A stretch of DNA of 64,000 nucleotides from Candidatus Latescibacterota bacterium (GTDB taxonomy: Bacteria; Latescibacterota; UBA2968; UBA8231), in the NCBI GenBank assembly GCA_965248265.1, contig CBDFJF010000002.1, positions 2,752,001 through 2,816,000 on the forward strand, given 5' to 3'. Made by a program: the position numbers and the translations under genes. The notes beneath the pieces are model-generated. The model ran no database searches, was not told where the DNA came from, and worked only from the letters and a program-made list of their open reading frames with translations. Position 1 is the stretch's first letter, and every line of letters starts with the position of its first letter. Positions 37,998 to 48,219 of the stretch are shown one piece after another.

Positions 37998-39368
37998 TCA
38001 ACGGCTCCCTCGCAGGCGCAGCAATTTGCCGCCGCCGGGAAGCAGACTGACCGCCGCCCTTGCTCCGTTCGAGGCCCGGTGCCATACCCCGGTTCCGGCG
38101 TCAAACACCTCCATCGGTCCCGGACCGTTTACCGTCGTGTCGCGGGCCGCTTTGTAATCCAGGTTGACGACCAGCGCATGCGTCGGGACATGGTACGCAC
38201 CGAAGTAGCCGACCAGGATATCGTCGGTGTCGTCCACGTTAAAGGCCGCATCGGCAGGCAACGGCATTGTGCCCGGTGGAAGCTTGCCGAGATGATACAC
38301 CCCCAGAGACTTCAGTGGCTGCAGTACCCGGGCGATAGCGATGAATTCGGGATGGATCATCCGCAATTCTTTGCCCAGCGGCGTGAGCGGTGCGGCGGCG
38401 TCTTTGACAGCGCGTGCGGGGCTGAAGGTGTCGTCGTCGAATTCGGAGATGCCGCCCTTGAATTCGGAGTACGCCCAATAAACAAATTGCGACAGGCCCT
38501 GGCCGCCGTAAGCCAGCGTGGTGTATGCCAGGTAACGTCCTTCGTCGGGGGTCGGGACGCGGGAATGCTCTGACACGGAAACCGCCTGCACGACGTTCAG
38601 AAACGGTATGCCGTGTTTTACGGCGGCCTCACGGATGAGTTCCAGATTCAGAAAGTAGTCATCTTTGTCGTGGGTCTTCATGAACGGATAGTGGTCCCAG
38701 CTGAGCAGGTCCGGTTTGACCACATCGATGAACTGTCGTAAATGCTCGCGGTAGGCGGTTACCCTGTCGCCGGAGGTGCCGAGCGCGCCGGCGCTGGCAT
38801 AGGTCGGGAACAGGTTGACCATGGCCAGGTGCTTCGGATCGTGCTTGCGCAGGTATGCCACCATCTCGGCGATTTTAGGGAACTCGGAGGCGGTGGGCTC
38901 ATCGAATACGTACCAGGCGTACATGGCGGGATGATCCCTGGCCTTTTCGATGAGGGCGTCGAGCAGCGGTCTGCGTGCCGGATCGTCCAAGGCGCCGGCT
39001 TTGGAGAGCGGTAACCAGGGCTTGACCTGCTGGCCGGCCAGCATGGTGACGCGCAGCCCGTGGGCGTGGGCAACGTCGAGGTCTTCCATACTGCTGCCCC
39101 ACACCAGGGTGAAGCCGCCGTCGGCAAGCTTCTTTGCCATCCCGTGCGTCAACGGTCCCCAGCGGTCGTAACCGCCGCCGGGGCCGTGGTAGTACGCAGT
39201 GATGGGGGTGCCGACCACCCACTCGCTGCCCGCCGGGCGCCCCGGCGCGGGCATTCCGGTGACCGGCCCGGTGGTCATCGTCCGGCAGCCGGAGACGACG
39301 AGCATTACCAGGGCAGCGGCCGCGTATGAAATGATGGCGGGTCTGGATGGTGATGGTGATTGTCGCAT
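37998..39368 (-). CDS. Putative glycoside-hydrolase-like lipoprotein, paralog of 45088-46500
   Basis: VSGC lipobox; YYHGPG, FDEP, VNLFPTYAS, WDHY, LAYTTLAYGGQG. Confidence 0.65.
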   Translation of the reverse strand: MRQSPSPSRPAIISYAAAALVMLVVSGCRTMTTGPVTGMPAPGRPAGSEWVVGTPITAYYHGPGGGYDRWGPLTHGMAKKLADGGFTLVWGSSMEDLDVAHAHGLRVTMLAGQQVKPWLPLSKAGALDDPARRPLLDALIEKARDHPAMYAWYVFDEPTASEFPKIAEMVAYLRKHDPKHLAMVNLFPTYASAGALGTSGDRVTAYREHLRQFIDVVKPDLLSWDHYPFMKTHDKDDYFLNLELIREAAVKHGIPFLNVVQAVSVSEHSRVPTPDEGRYLAYTTLAYGGQGLSQFVYWAYSEFKGGISEFDDDTFSPARAVKDAAAPLTPLGKELRMIHPEFIAIARVLQPLKSLGVYHLGKLPPGTMPLPADAAFNVDDTDDILVGYFGAYHVPTHALVVNLDYKAARDTTVNGPGPMEVFDAGTGVWHRASNGARAAVSLLPGGGKLLRLRGSR

Positions 39369-39597
39369 TTTATTAATTCTCCCGATTACGTTGGTTGGTT
39401 TCTCCCCGCGTATAGAAAGCTGCTCACTATCCCTGGGTGCACGACACAAAAATCGAGGCAAGTATGAATAGCTTGGTTTTCTGTTCGGTTTCGTGTCGTA
39501 GCCATCAACCTGGCGCCCCCACGACCTTGGTCGTGGGACGCAATGGTCAGTCAGCTATATACAAAAGCCGTAATCCCACCCCCACCGTCCCTTGCCA

Positions 39598-41409
39598 CTA
39601 CTTTGATACCGCCAGCTTGACCGACTTCCAGATGCCGCCGGCGAAGAGTCCGTTGCCGACACGAACGGCAATCGTATTGACCGCGCCCGGCTCAAGCTTG
39701 CCGGTGACATCGATCGGGAAGCGTTTGTCCCAGGCGAGATCCGGGTGTTCGTGGTGACCGCCCGCCGCCACGCCATTGATCCACACGGTGGCCGTCTCGT
39801 CGACGGCACCGAAGTAGAGATAGAGCTTGGCGCCTTCGGGAACCTGGACAGCGGGCACGTCCCAGGTGAGCCGATACCAGGCGTCTTTGCCATGATACCG
39901 CACGCCCTGTTCATCCCAGAATCTGCCGATGACGATGTCGCGCCAGCCGTCCGGGTGCGGGTCGGCATTAAACCAACCGCCCTTGATGCCTTCGCCGTCG
40001 ACGCCGGTGCGGAATTTCCATGCCTTGGGTAAGTCGACGAGTTCGAACTTGTCCATGAGATCGCCAAACGTCTCTTCGTCGCTGTAACCGGATTGTGCAG
40101 ATGCAGCAGCGGCGCCGCTACCCGCCGCGTCCTTGACTTTGCGGCCGAGGTAGGCGGCATCGTCGATGCGCCGCGGGTTCCGGACTCGTCGCAGGGCGTC
40201 ATTGTACGCACTCGGCAGTCTTTCGTTCTGCCACCATGACATTTTCTCGCTGGTCCACCATTTCGGTTGCTCGCTGTAGACCCAGACATACCGGTCGGCG
40301 ATATGGAGCCCGCAGAAAACCGAATACTCGAACTCCTCCGGGAGGAAATAGTTCTGCTCGATATCATCGGCGTTCCATGGTTGTACGCCGGATGTATTAT
40401 CCATCCAGAGGCCGAAGGCAAGGCGTCCGTGCTTGCTGTACTGCCGCGGATTGCCGACCGCCGGTGTGTAACTCTCCACCCGCCGCCGTGCATTGGCGTA
40501 CTCGGCGTGCGTCCGGAAGCCGTAGGCTTCTTCGAAACCGTCGACGATGACGGTGCCGCCGCTGGCGGCGTCGTACATGCCGTCAAGCAGGTCCTTCAAT
40601 AAGCCGTAGGAGAACTGGCTCAGGTCATAAGCCCCGGCACCGCGCAGACCGCTCAAACCGTAACCGTAGGTCATCATCAGCGTGATGTCGGGATGGAACT
40701 TCTGAAAGGCGCGCATCAACTCCTGCCCGCGCTGGCGGACCTTCTCCTGGTATTCGTCGAGGCTTTTCGTGTCGGCGTGGGTTTGTTCGCCATACCGAAA
40801 GATGTTGCCCTTGTATTGCTCGACGTCGAACATGATACCTTTGCAGCCGCCGTCCTTGGAAACGCGCCCGGCCACCGTCGCGTTCTGAACCACGACAGCG
40901 AACGCTTCGTCGTCGAACCAGTCGACCGTGCCGGGGCAGACGTTGAAGCGCATGAAGTTGTCGGTCATGTTCTTGAAGGTTGCGTGGGCGGCCTTGAGGT
41001 CCTCGACGTGCTGTGTGAAGGCATCGTACTCGAACCGGTCCGGTCCCCAGACATTCCAGTCGAAGCGGAGGACCCTGCCATCAACAGTGGCGGCGTCGGT
41101 GTGAAAAATGACGCCGTCGAACCCGAACTGATCCATGGTTGCCGCATGGGCCCGCATGAACGCCGGATCCGGTTCGTCCCAGCCCCACTCGATCACTTTC
41201 TTATCCGGGCCGATGCGGACCAGATCGTCCGATCGCGCCATCGAGGCGACTGCGATGGCAATGGCCAAACCGGTAAATACCATATAGCAGCACCGGTTCC
41301 CGAATTTCCGGTCTCGTCGGACGGGGCGGACAGGTCCGCCGGATCGGCTCGATCTTTCCCGAAACCTGCAACCCGACACGCTATGATCCCGCGTCTTCAT
41401 GGTTTTCAA
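39598..41409 (-). CDS. Hypothetical secreted protein with C-terminal GH2-type sugar-binding domain
   Basis: AWYR, FGAVDETATVWING, GGIWKSVKL. Confidence 0.65.
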   Translation of the reverse strand: MKTMKTRDHSVSGCRFRERSSRSGGPVRPVRRDRKFGNRCCYMVFTGLAIAIAVASMARSDDLVRIGPDKKVIEWGWDEPDPAFMRAHAATMDQFGFDGVIFHTDAATVDGRVLRFDWNVWGPDRFEYDAFTQHVEDLKAAHATFKNMTDNFMRFNVCPGTVDWFDDEAFAVVVQNATVAGRVSKDGGCKGIMFDVEQYKGNIFRYGEQTHADTKSLDEYQEKVRQRGQELMRAFQKFHPDITLMMTYGYGLSGLRGAGAYDLSQFSYGLLKDLLDGMYDAASGGTVIVDGFEEAYGFRTHAEYANARRRVESYTPAVGNPRQYSKHGRLAFGLWMDNTSGVQPWNADDIEQNYFLPEEFEYSVFCGLHIADRYVWVYSEQPKWWTSEKMSWWQNERLPSAYNDALRRVRNPRRIDDAAYLGRKVKDAAGSGAAAASAQSGYSDEETFGDLMDKFELVDLPKAWKFRTGVDGEGIKGGWFNADPHPDGWRDIVIGRFWDEQGVRYHGKDAWYRLTWDVPAVQVPEGAKLYLYFGAVDETATVWINGVAAGGHHEHPDLAWDKRFPIDVTGKLEPGAVNTIAVRVGNGLFAGGIWKSVKLAVSK

Positions 41410-41875
41410 TCTCCTTTCGCCGCTACCAGTTTTACCGATTTCCAGATGCCGCCGTAATTGGTGCGGTCGCGTACGCGCACTGTGAGGATATTGCTCTCGC
41501 CGATCTTCACTGCATCCCCGAGCGGGATCTCGAAGCGCTTATCCCAGCCAATGTCACCGATGACATGCTCGCCGATCTGCCGGCCGTTCAGGTAGACCCA
41601 GGCAGATTCATCGACGGCGCCGAACGAAAGCGAAAGGTCCCGCCCCTTTGTTGCCGCCGGCATTTCGAACTCGACGCGATACCAGGCAATGCCGTCGTAC
41701 TGATGACCCTGCGGCTCTCACCACTCGCCGATCTTGATCGGCTGCCACTGCGTCTTATCGACAAAGACGCCGCCCCAGTCCTGCTGCCGCCCTTGATCGT
41801 TGAAGTCAGGCCGGAAGATCCAGACTTTCGGCAGATCGGCAATAAAATCGTGCGTCGCCCATAGCTCCGCGAAGA
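41406..41875 (-). pseudogene. C-terminal GH2-type sugar-binding domain fragment, cut by oriIS
   Basis: LPKVWIFRPD...GEW*EPQG..YDGIAWYR..FGAVDESAWVYLNG; internal TGA. Confidence 0.7.
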
Positions 41876-42236
41876 AGGATAAGAACGATAAGGGCCCATT
41901 ATCGGTGGTCAATATCTATTCGGGGGCTGTGTCGAATGAAAATCTGAACTTTTTGATGGATGGGGGATGGTTACATTGGCTTATGGGGGCTTGTTTTGGC
42001 GTGGATTCAGGCCCCGACTTGGTTTCGATGGCTGTTACAGACCCGCAAGGTCGATTCAGGCGCATCGATCCCATCGGATCAGACGGCGTAATCGAACTCA
42101 GACTGCTGGGAAAGCCTTGCCGGTGCGATGGGTGGAGGGCGAGCCGGCAGACCGACATCCTCGAGGTAAGACCGAATCGAAGCGGGATCCGTCAGGGCGG
42201 CAACGATCCTCATTTGCCCACCGCAGTCGCACTCAG
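41876..42236 (-). mobile_element. IS91-family oriIS end (variant E) plus transposase C-terminal remnant
   Basis: CGGQMRIVAALTDPASIRSYLEDVGLPARPPPIAPARLSQQSEFDYAV*. Confidence 0.8.
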
Positions 42237-42414
42237 AAGAGGAGGATCGTCACCATGGCTACCACGTACCCCTCAACCTCCGATCCTGGACTCACGATAA
42301 TAGCCGTTATAACATCTATCCATATGGGAGTAGATCGCACATGACCTGTATCAGCTGCACAAGCCAAACGGCGCCATCCCCATCGACGACACCATGCGGG
42401 CGATGCACCATGCC

Positions 42415-42546
42415 GTTACGCATCATCGACGCCGACCAGGTCTCCTTCGCACTGAAAACACCCTGGTCAGATGGCACCACCCACCTCCTGCTCTCGCCCT
42501 TCGAACTGCTCGAAAAACTGGCCGCCCTCTTGCCGCCACCACGCCC
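42415..42546 (+). mobile_element. Inverted internal IS91 transposase scrap
   Basis: LRIIDADQVSFALKTPWSDGTTHLLLSPFELLEKLAALLPPPR, homologous to part of the 48380-49879 protein. Confidence 0.8.
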
Positions 42547-42674
42547 TTCCTACATGGAGAGCTGGCCGGGCTGCGAGCCCTCCCAGGAGCTGCGGGCACG
42601 GGTGGCGGATGACGAGGCGAGAGCGCGCCTGCTGCGTGAACCGTACTATCATTGACCAAACAGAGGCTGTTTCC

Positions 42675-43826
42675 ATGACCGACACCACCGCAGACGAACC
42701 TGCAGAGAAACCGTACCGCGCACCCGCTTTTGCCGATGCGCTGCCCGAGCTCGACGCGCCTGGAGCCACGCCCGAGAGGCTGGCTTTTCTCGAGGAGCAC
42801 GGCTTTCTCATTCTCACTGATTTCGTTGGCAGTCCGTGGATCGAGAGACTCCGCGAGGCCGGCCGCCGCGTCACCGAAGCCTGCGCGCCCCAGCACGGCT
42901 ACAGCAAGCTCGATTCCTCCAAGGGATACGTGCACCGCGCCAGGGATGACGAGCCGTCGGCCATCCGGGGCCTCGTTCATCCCGCCTTTGGCGAGCCGGT
43001 TTTTTCCGAGTTCCACGGCTCGGACGAGTTCCTCGGCTTCGTCGATTCCTGGTGCGGGCTGCAGCCCGAGGACACGGCCATGGGCGGCATGCTGCTGTGG
43101 TGCAACCCGCGCAAGAGCGAGATGGGACCCAGCTGGCACCGGGACACGACCTGGTGGGGTACGGGAAAACCCTACTTCTCTCAGAGCACCGAGAAAGAAG
43201 GTCCCGAGGCTTACTCCGAAGAAGCAGAGAGAAAACGCTGGGAGGAAATCCGCGCTGAAAACTCCAGGACCGTCTACGAGCGCAGCGGAGTGAGCCTGTT
43301 CCTCGCCCTCGTCGACGACGAGTGCCACGAGGTCATCCCGGGCAGCCACAACCGCTGGCGCACGCCGTTCGAGCACGACGTGCTCCTGCCCCAGGCCATG
43401 AAGGACCAGGGCGTGCCGCACACGCCGAGCTGGAACAAGAAGGACCCGCTGCCAAACCAGGTGGCCATCGGCCTCAAACCTGGGGAAGCCCTCATCCGCA
43501 TAGGCTCGAACATCCACACGGGGCACACGGTCCCCGAGCGCGAGCGCAACACCCTGAGCATCGGTTGGGGCAAGTGGCAGGGGCCGCCCGAAGAGCCGGC
43601 GGTGGCGGATGCGCGCATGGCGTGGCAGCTCGGCCCGGCCGTGCGGGACGCCCTGCCCTACGAGTGGATGAAAACGGCCTGGGACCGCTGGGCGGCGGGG
43701 CAGAAGCTGGGAGACACCCTCGAAGACCGGTATGCGGCCTTCGACATCCGCCAGATCAAAGCCGGCAACGTCGTGGGATGGCGAGGCGAGCTGGAGCGTC
43801 AGGCAGCGGCAGCCGGAGAAGCCTGA
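42675..43826 (+). CDS. PhyH-like dioxygenase
   Basis: FLEEHGFL, WHRD, VIPGSH, IHTG. Confidence 0.75.
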   Translation: MTDTTADEPAEKPYRAPAFADALPELDAPGATPERLAFLEEHGFLILTDFVGSPWIERLREAGRRVTEACAPQHGYSKLDSSKGYVHRARDDEPSAIRGLVHPAFGEPVFSEFHGSDEFLGFVDSWCGLQPEDTAMGGMLLWCNPRKSEMGPSWHRDTTWWGTGKPYFSQSTEKEGPEAYSEEAERKRWEEIRAENSRTVYERSGVSLFLALVDDECHEVIPGSHNRWRTPFEHDVLLPQAMKDQGVPHTPSWNKKDPLPNQVAIGLKPGEALIRIGSNIHTGHTVPERERNTLSIGWGKWQGPPEEPAVADARMAWQLGPAVRDALPYEWMKTAWDRWAAGQKLGDTLEDRYAAFDIRQIKAGNVVGWRGELERQAAAAGEA

Positions 43827-44040
43827 CAGCCCTTTCAGACCATCAGCGATCCTGCAGGTGGGTGATGGGACCGGTGTCCCCGAAACCGTGGGCCATGGCG
43901 CGCTCTAGCATGGCCCGTCGGCGGGGACCCGCTGTGTGGGTGAGGTTGTCGCTGTAGAACCGGCCCCAGGCTTTCGTGTCGCCTTCCAAGAACCCGATCA
44001 CCCAGTCGTAGTACTCGGAGCTCTGCTCTCTCGTCGTGTA

Positions 44041-44482
44041 CGTATAGGACACGTATAGGACCGATAAGGGGCAATATCATTTGTCTATGACAGCAGAGGT
44101 GGAGTGTCGAGAGGGATTGTGAGCCAGGCGCAGCGGAGCGGATTGGTGCAGCGAGCGATGGGAGTGGATTGGCGCCTGTCGAACGGATCACGGATGCTGG
44201 TGTGCCCTTTTCGGGCCTCAACAGTGCACTGGTGGGCGCACCGGTCCGTTCGGATCAGGCCAGTCGTGTTCGATCAGGCTGCCAAATCGAACTCGGGTTG
44301 CGGGTCACGTCGTGGTGGCGCGATGGGTGGCGGCCGCGCCGGCAGGCCGACGCCTTCCAGGTAGGACCGGATCGAGGCGGGCTCGGTCAGGGCGGCTACG
44401 ATTTTCATGTGCCCGCCGCAGTCGGGGCATTCGCTGATATCGATCTGGAACACGCGCGCTAGCAGTTGACACCAGGACAGGG
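44041..44482 (-). mobile_element. IS91-family oriIS end (variant D, duplicated tip) plus transposase C-terminal remnant
   Basis: LLARVFQIDISECPDCGGHMKIVAALTEP...PQPEFDLAA*; cgtataggac twice at 44041 and 44052. Confidence 0.85.
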
Positions 44483-44839
44483 AGTGGTCATTTACGACCT
44501 GCAAGGCGGGCAATATTTACGCCGATGGCCACCTCGAGATAGCTGATCAGGATCGACTATACGAAGGGGGGTTTAGAGGATCGTACGTCGGATACGACGG
44601 TCCGGAAAGTTATGTGTGGGTACCGTTTTTTGGGCCTTAGTTAACAGGCGCCGAGTCTCACAAGATCGCGATCGCTATCGCCCGCGCTTAGGACCGGTAA
44701 CCTGCGGCAACGAATTCAGCTCCTCATAGTCAGTCAGTGCTATGGGAGGCTTTTTTGTGGCAAGATGCGGCTCTTTCCCCCGCACTAACCGCCAGCATTG
44801 TCCGAAACAATTGCGACAATCATGGCAGACGGATTCGCG

Positions 44840-44905
44840 GAGATATTGATAGTCCAAAGTCACCTGGTCAAGGAGCCCTACCCCCCCTACAGTGTGGAAT
44901 TTTGG
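44840..44905. repeat. About 60-bp direct repeat, copy 1 (possible orphan IS110 right end)
   Basis: tatt.atag.ccaaagtcacc.ggtcaagg.gccctaccccc shared with 46893-46965. Confidence 0.6.
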
Positions 44906-45087
44906 TGGACTTTCAGACTGTTACAAGCGCGGATATTGACGAACAAGCGTGGACAGGAGGGAAGATAGGGAAATGGCGAAAAGCCTGGCCAAATAAGGCT
45001 TCATCGTAAGTGTTCGGTGTCAGGAGTCAAGTGCTCAGTCCAATCGGTCCAATCCGAGCGATGCGAACCGAGCAACTGAACTCCGGA

Positions 45088-46500
45088 CTATTCCTGCAAC
45101 CCCGCCAGGCGCATAAGTTTTCCCCCGCCGCGCAACAGGCTTACCTGCGCCCGCGACCCACCCGACGCTGCACTCCAAGTTCGCGACGTCGCGTTGAATA
45201 CCTCCAGCAGCTCCGGGCCGATTACCGTTGTGGTTATCGCCCGCGTGTAGTCCAGGTTTACCGCCAGTACATGGGTCGGGTTGTCGTTGGCACCGAAATA
45301 TCCCAAAAGGATGCCCCTCTCCCGTTTTGCGGACACCGGGGGATCCACAGTAAATTCAGCGTCGGCCGGTAGCCCGACCGCGCCAGAGGGGACGGCGCCC
45401 AGATGATACGCAGCCAGGGACGTCAGCGGTTGCACCTCCAGACCAACGGCAACAAACTCGGGGTGGATTTCTTGTAGGGCCTGGCCCAGCGGGGTCAGGG
45501 TGCCATTGACATTGACGACACCGCCCTCGAACAGCGGATCGGAAACAGGTATGTAAACGAACTGAAAGAGGCCTTGGCCGCCGTAGGCTAATGTGGTGTA
45601 GGCCAGGAATCTGCCCTCGGCACCGTTGGGTATGCGGTGGGTTGGAGCCACAGAGCAAGCCTGTACCACGTTGACGAAGGGGATCCCGCCGTATAATGCT
45701 GCCTCGCGCGCGAGCGCCAAATTCATAAAGTACGTATTGCCCGCATGCAGGTTTGCGCCTACTTCATCGATAGCCCCCTCCGTGTAGAGGTTGTAATGAT
45801 CGTAACTGATCAGGTCCGGCTTGACGACGTCGACGAACTGGCGGAGATACTCCCGGTAGGCGGTCTCCGTATCGTTTGGATGACCCGGCCCGGAGACGCC
45901 AAGCGCCATAGCACTGGCATACGTAGGGAACAGATTTATGAGGACCATGTGGTTGGGATCACGCTCACGGATGTGGGCCACCAACCTACCCAGAGCCGGG
46001 TTCTCGCCGCCCCAGATTTCGTCGGCTAGGTAATAGGCGTACATCGCCGGATGGTTCTTCACCCGCTCGATCATCGCATCGAGTCCCGCCCTCCGTGCCG
46101 GGTCATCCAAATAGCCGGGGATCGCCCCTTGGTCGCCGAGTTCTTGGGGAAAGAAAAGCGCACGGTGCCCCTGAGCGTGAGCAGCGTCGAGATCATCCTC
46201 ACCCTGGCACCAGACCAGGTTGAAGCCCTCATCATTTAGTCTTGCAGCGACCCCGGGCGTCATTAATCCGAATTGCCCTCCCGCCCCAGGGCCTTGGTAA
46301 TAGCCAAGGATGGGGTCACCGATCTCCCAATTGCTGCCCATGGGTCGCCCACGCGCGGCACCTGAGGCGGACATGTCCGATGTTGCGCATGCTACCGCTC
46401 CCAGCAGTATGAGGCCCAAGACCCTGTACAACCAAATTATGCCAGGGTGCCGAAGCTTAGATACTAATTCTTTATTGCTTATTGGCTTAATTTCACTCAT
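45088..46500 (-). CDS. Putative glycoside-hydrolase-like lipoprotein, paralog of 37998-39368
   Basis: AVAC; YYQGPG, LADE, INLFPTYAS, YDHY, LAYTTLAYGGQG. Confidence 0.65.
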   Translation of the reverse strand: MSEIKPISNKELVSKLRHPGIIWLYRVLGLILLGAVACATSDMSASGAARGRPMGSNWEIGDPILGYYQGPGAGGQFGLMTPGVAARLNDEGFNLVWCQGEDDLDAAHAQGHRALFFPQELGDQGAIPGYLDDPARRAGLDAMIERVKNHPAMYAYYLADEIWGGENPALGRLVAHIRERDPNHMVLINLFPTYASAMALGVSGPGHPNDTETAYREYLRQFVDVVKPDLISYDHYNLYTEGAIDEVGANLHAGNTYFMNLALAREAALYGGIPFVNVVQACSVAPTHRIPNGAEGRFLAYTTLAYGGQGLFQFVYIPVSDPLFEGGVVNVNGTLTPLGQALQEIHPEFVAVGLEVQPLTSLAAYHLGAVPSGAVGLPADAEFTVDPPVSAKRERGILLGYFGANDNPTHVLAVNLDYTRAITTTVIGPELLEVFNATSRTWSAASGGSRAQVSLLRGGGKLMRLAGLQE

Positions 46501-46892
46501 TCTTCTGATTTTCTTTCTTTGTTCTGCCTTGGCTCGGGGTTCAAGTGGAATACGGAATGGGACGCTTTCCTTTGAGGTGATACGACCCCCTGCAGTTGCT
46601 TGTCAAGTTATTTATTCTTTGGCCCGGCGAGCCCAGGGCTGCCAGCTTGGGCTTATGAGCAAACTCATTTGACGGGGACTTGTAGGCGCCGCCAAATGCC
46701 TTGACAAACTCGGCAAATTCACCCTCCGATATTTTTCAAATTCGATGCGAAGTTCCCGGTAGGTCATGACGAGCAATCCCCGCGACAAAATAAGCGTCGT
46801 TAACGCATCAAGACCGACAGCGGACTATGCTAGATTGGCATAACCATGCTATACCTGTGGACAATGACGACAGTCGTGGCGCCGGATGCGCA

Positions 46893-46965
46893 GAGGTATT
46901 AATAGACCAAAGTCACCCGGTCAAGGTGCCCTACCCCCTACCCCATCCAGCAGTGGGGAACTTTT
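46893..46965. repeat. About 60-bp direct repeat, copy 2
   Basis: See 44840-44905. Confidence 0.6.
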
Positions 46966-47197
46966 GAAAGAAACAAATGGGGCGTCAGGTGATGACCGTT
47001 GCCGTCCGTCAGGTAATAAATTGACGCACGCTACGAAGTAGGGGGTGGAAACCGGTGTGCACCTTTCCCAATCGGGGACCATGAACCTGCTCTCGCGTGC
47101 ATTGCTGACGTTGGCTGGCCTTTCCGGCGCCCTCGCTCCCGCGCAGCCCCAAAGTCCTGGCGACTTGGAACGGGAGGTCGCGGCTCTTCTCGCCGAG

Positions 47198-47538
47198 AGT
47201 ATAGGACGAATTAGTGGCGTTATGGTGAGTTTAGATCTGCACGAGGCCTGGTGTCGAGTGGATCTTGGGATCTTTCTGAACGGCGGAATGCGGGGTTGAG
47301 GCTTTAGACGGGCGTGCCGAAGAGGAGGAATCCACGGCTGAGATAGGTTTCTTACCGTTTTTGCCACCCGGATGATCAGTTGGGGCGCAACAAACCAAGC
47401 GCGCTGTGATCAGGCCGCGTATTCGAACTCAGACTGCTGATCGTGCCTTGCCGGAGCAATTGGCGGAGGCCTTGCTGGCAGGCCGACCCCCTCGAGGTAT
47501 GACCGAATCGAGGCGGGGTCGGTCAGCGCAGCAACAAT
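47198..47538 (-). mobile_element. IS91-family oriIS end (variant B) plus transposase C-terminal remnant
   Basis: IVAALTDPASIRSYLEGVGLPARPPPIAPARHDQQSEFEYAA*; truncates a signal-peptide ORF starting at 47081. Confidence 0.85.
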
Positions 47539-48155
47539 GTACCGGTGCGGCAATGGGTGCTGAGTCTGCCGTATGAGATCCGCTATCGCCTGGCCTGGGA
47601 CGGCGAGTTGGTCGGCGCCCTGCTGGGCGTTTTTCTGCGCGTCGTCTACGGCTGGTATCGACGTCAGGCACGAAAGCAGGGATACGAACACAGTCGCTGC
47701 GGCTCGGTGACGTTCGTGCAGTGATTCGGGTCATCTTTGAATCTCAATCCTCACGTCCATGTCCTCATGATCGACGGCGTCTACGGCAATGGCGAGGCGG
47801 GTCCGGAGTTCGTGGCCGCACCGACCCTTAGCGATGATGATGTGCAACAGATCGTCGAGACCACGGCGCGACGCGTTGTGCGCCTGCTGCAACGCCGTGG
47901 CCTGCTGGAAGAGGGCCATGTCGATCCGCTGTGGGAGCAGGAGCCCCTGCTGGCGATGATCACGGCGGCTTCGATCCAGGGCCAGGTGGCTACCGGCGAG
48001 CGCGCCGGTCAACCTGTGCGCCGACGCTTGCTCGATCCTCAAGAGGGCATCCGCACCGGCCCGCTGTGCTTCGCTTCGCGTGGATTCTCTTTGCATGCGG
48101 CCACCCGCGTGCCGGCCACCGACCGCACTCGCCTGGAAAGACTGTGCCGCTACGT
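47539..48155 (+). pseudogene. Inverted internal fragment of IS91 transposase with a stop codon
   Basis: VPVRQWVLSLPYEIRY...VQ*FGSSLNLNPHVH...RLERLCRYV. Confidence 0.88.
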
Positions 48156-48219
48156 TGGAGTCTCTCTTCTTGGCCAACAACCCTTTGCTGAGGGGAGCGC
48201 TGCCGTTGGATTTGGCGGG

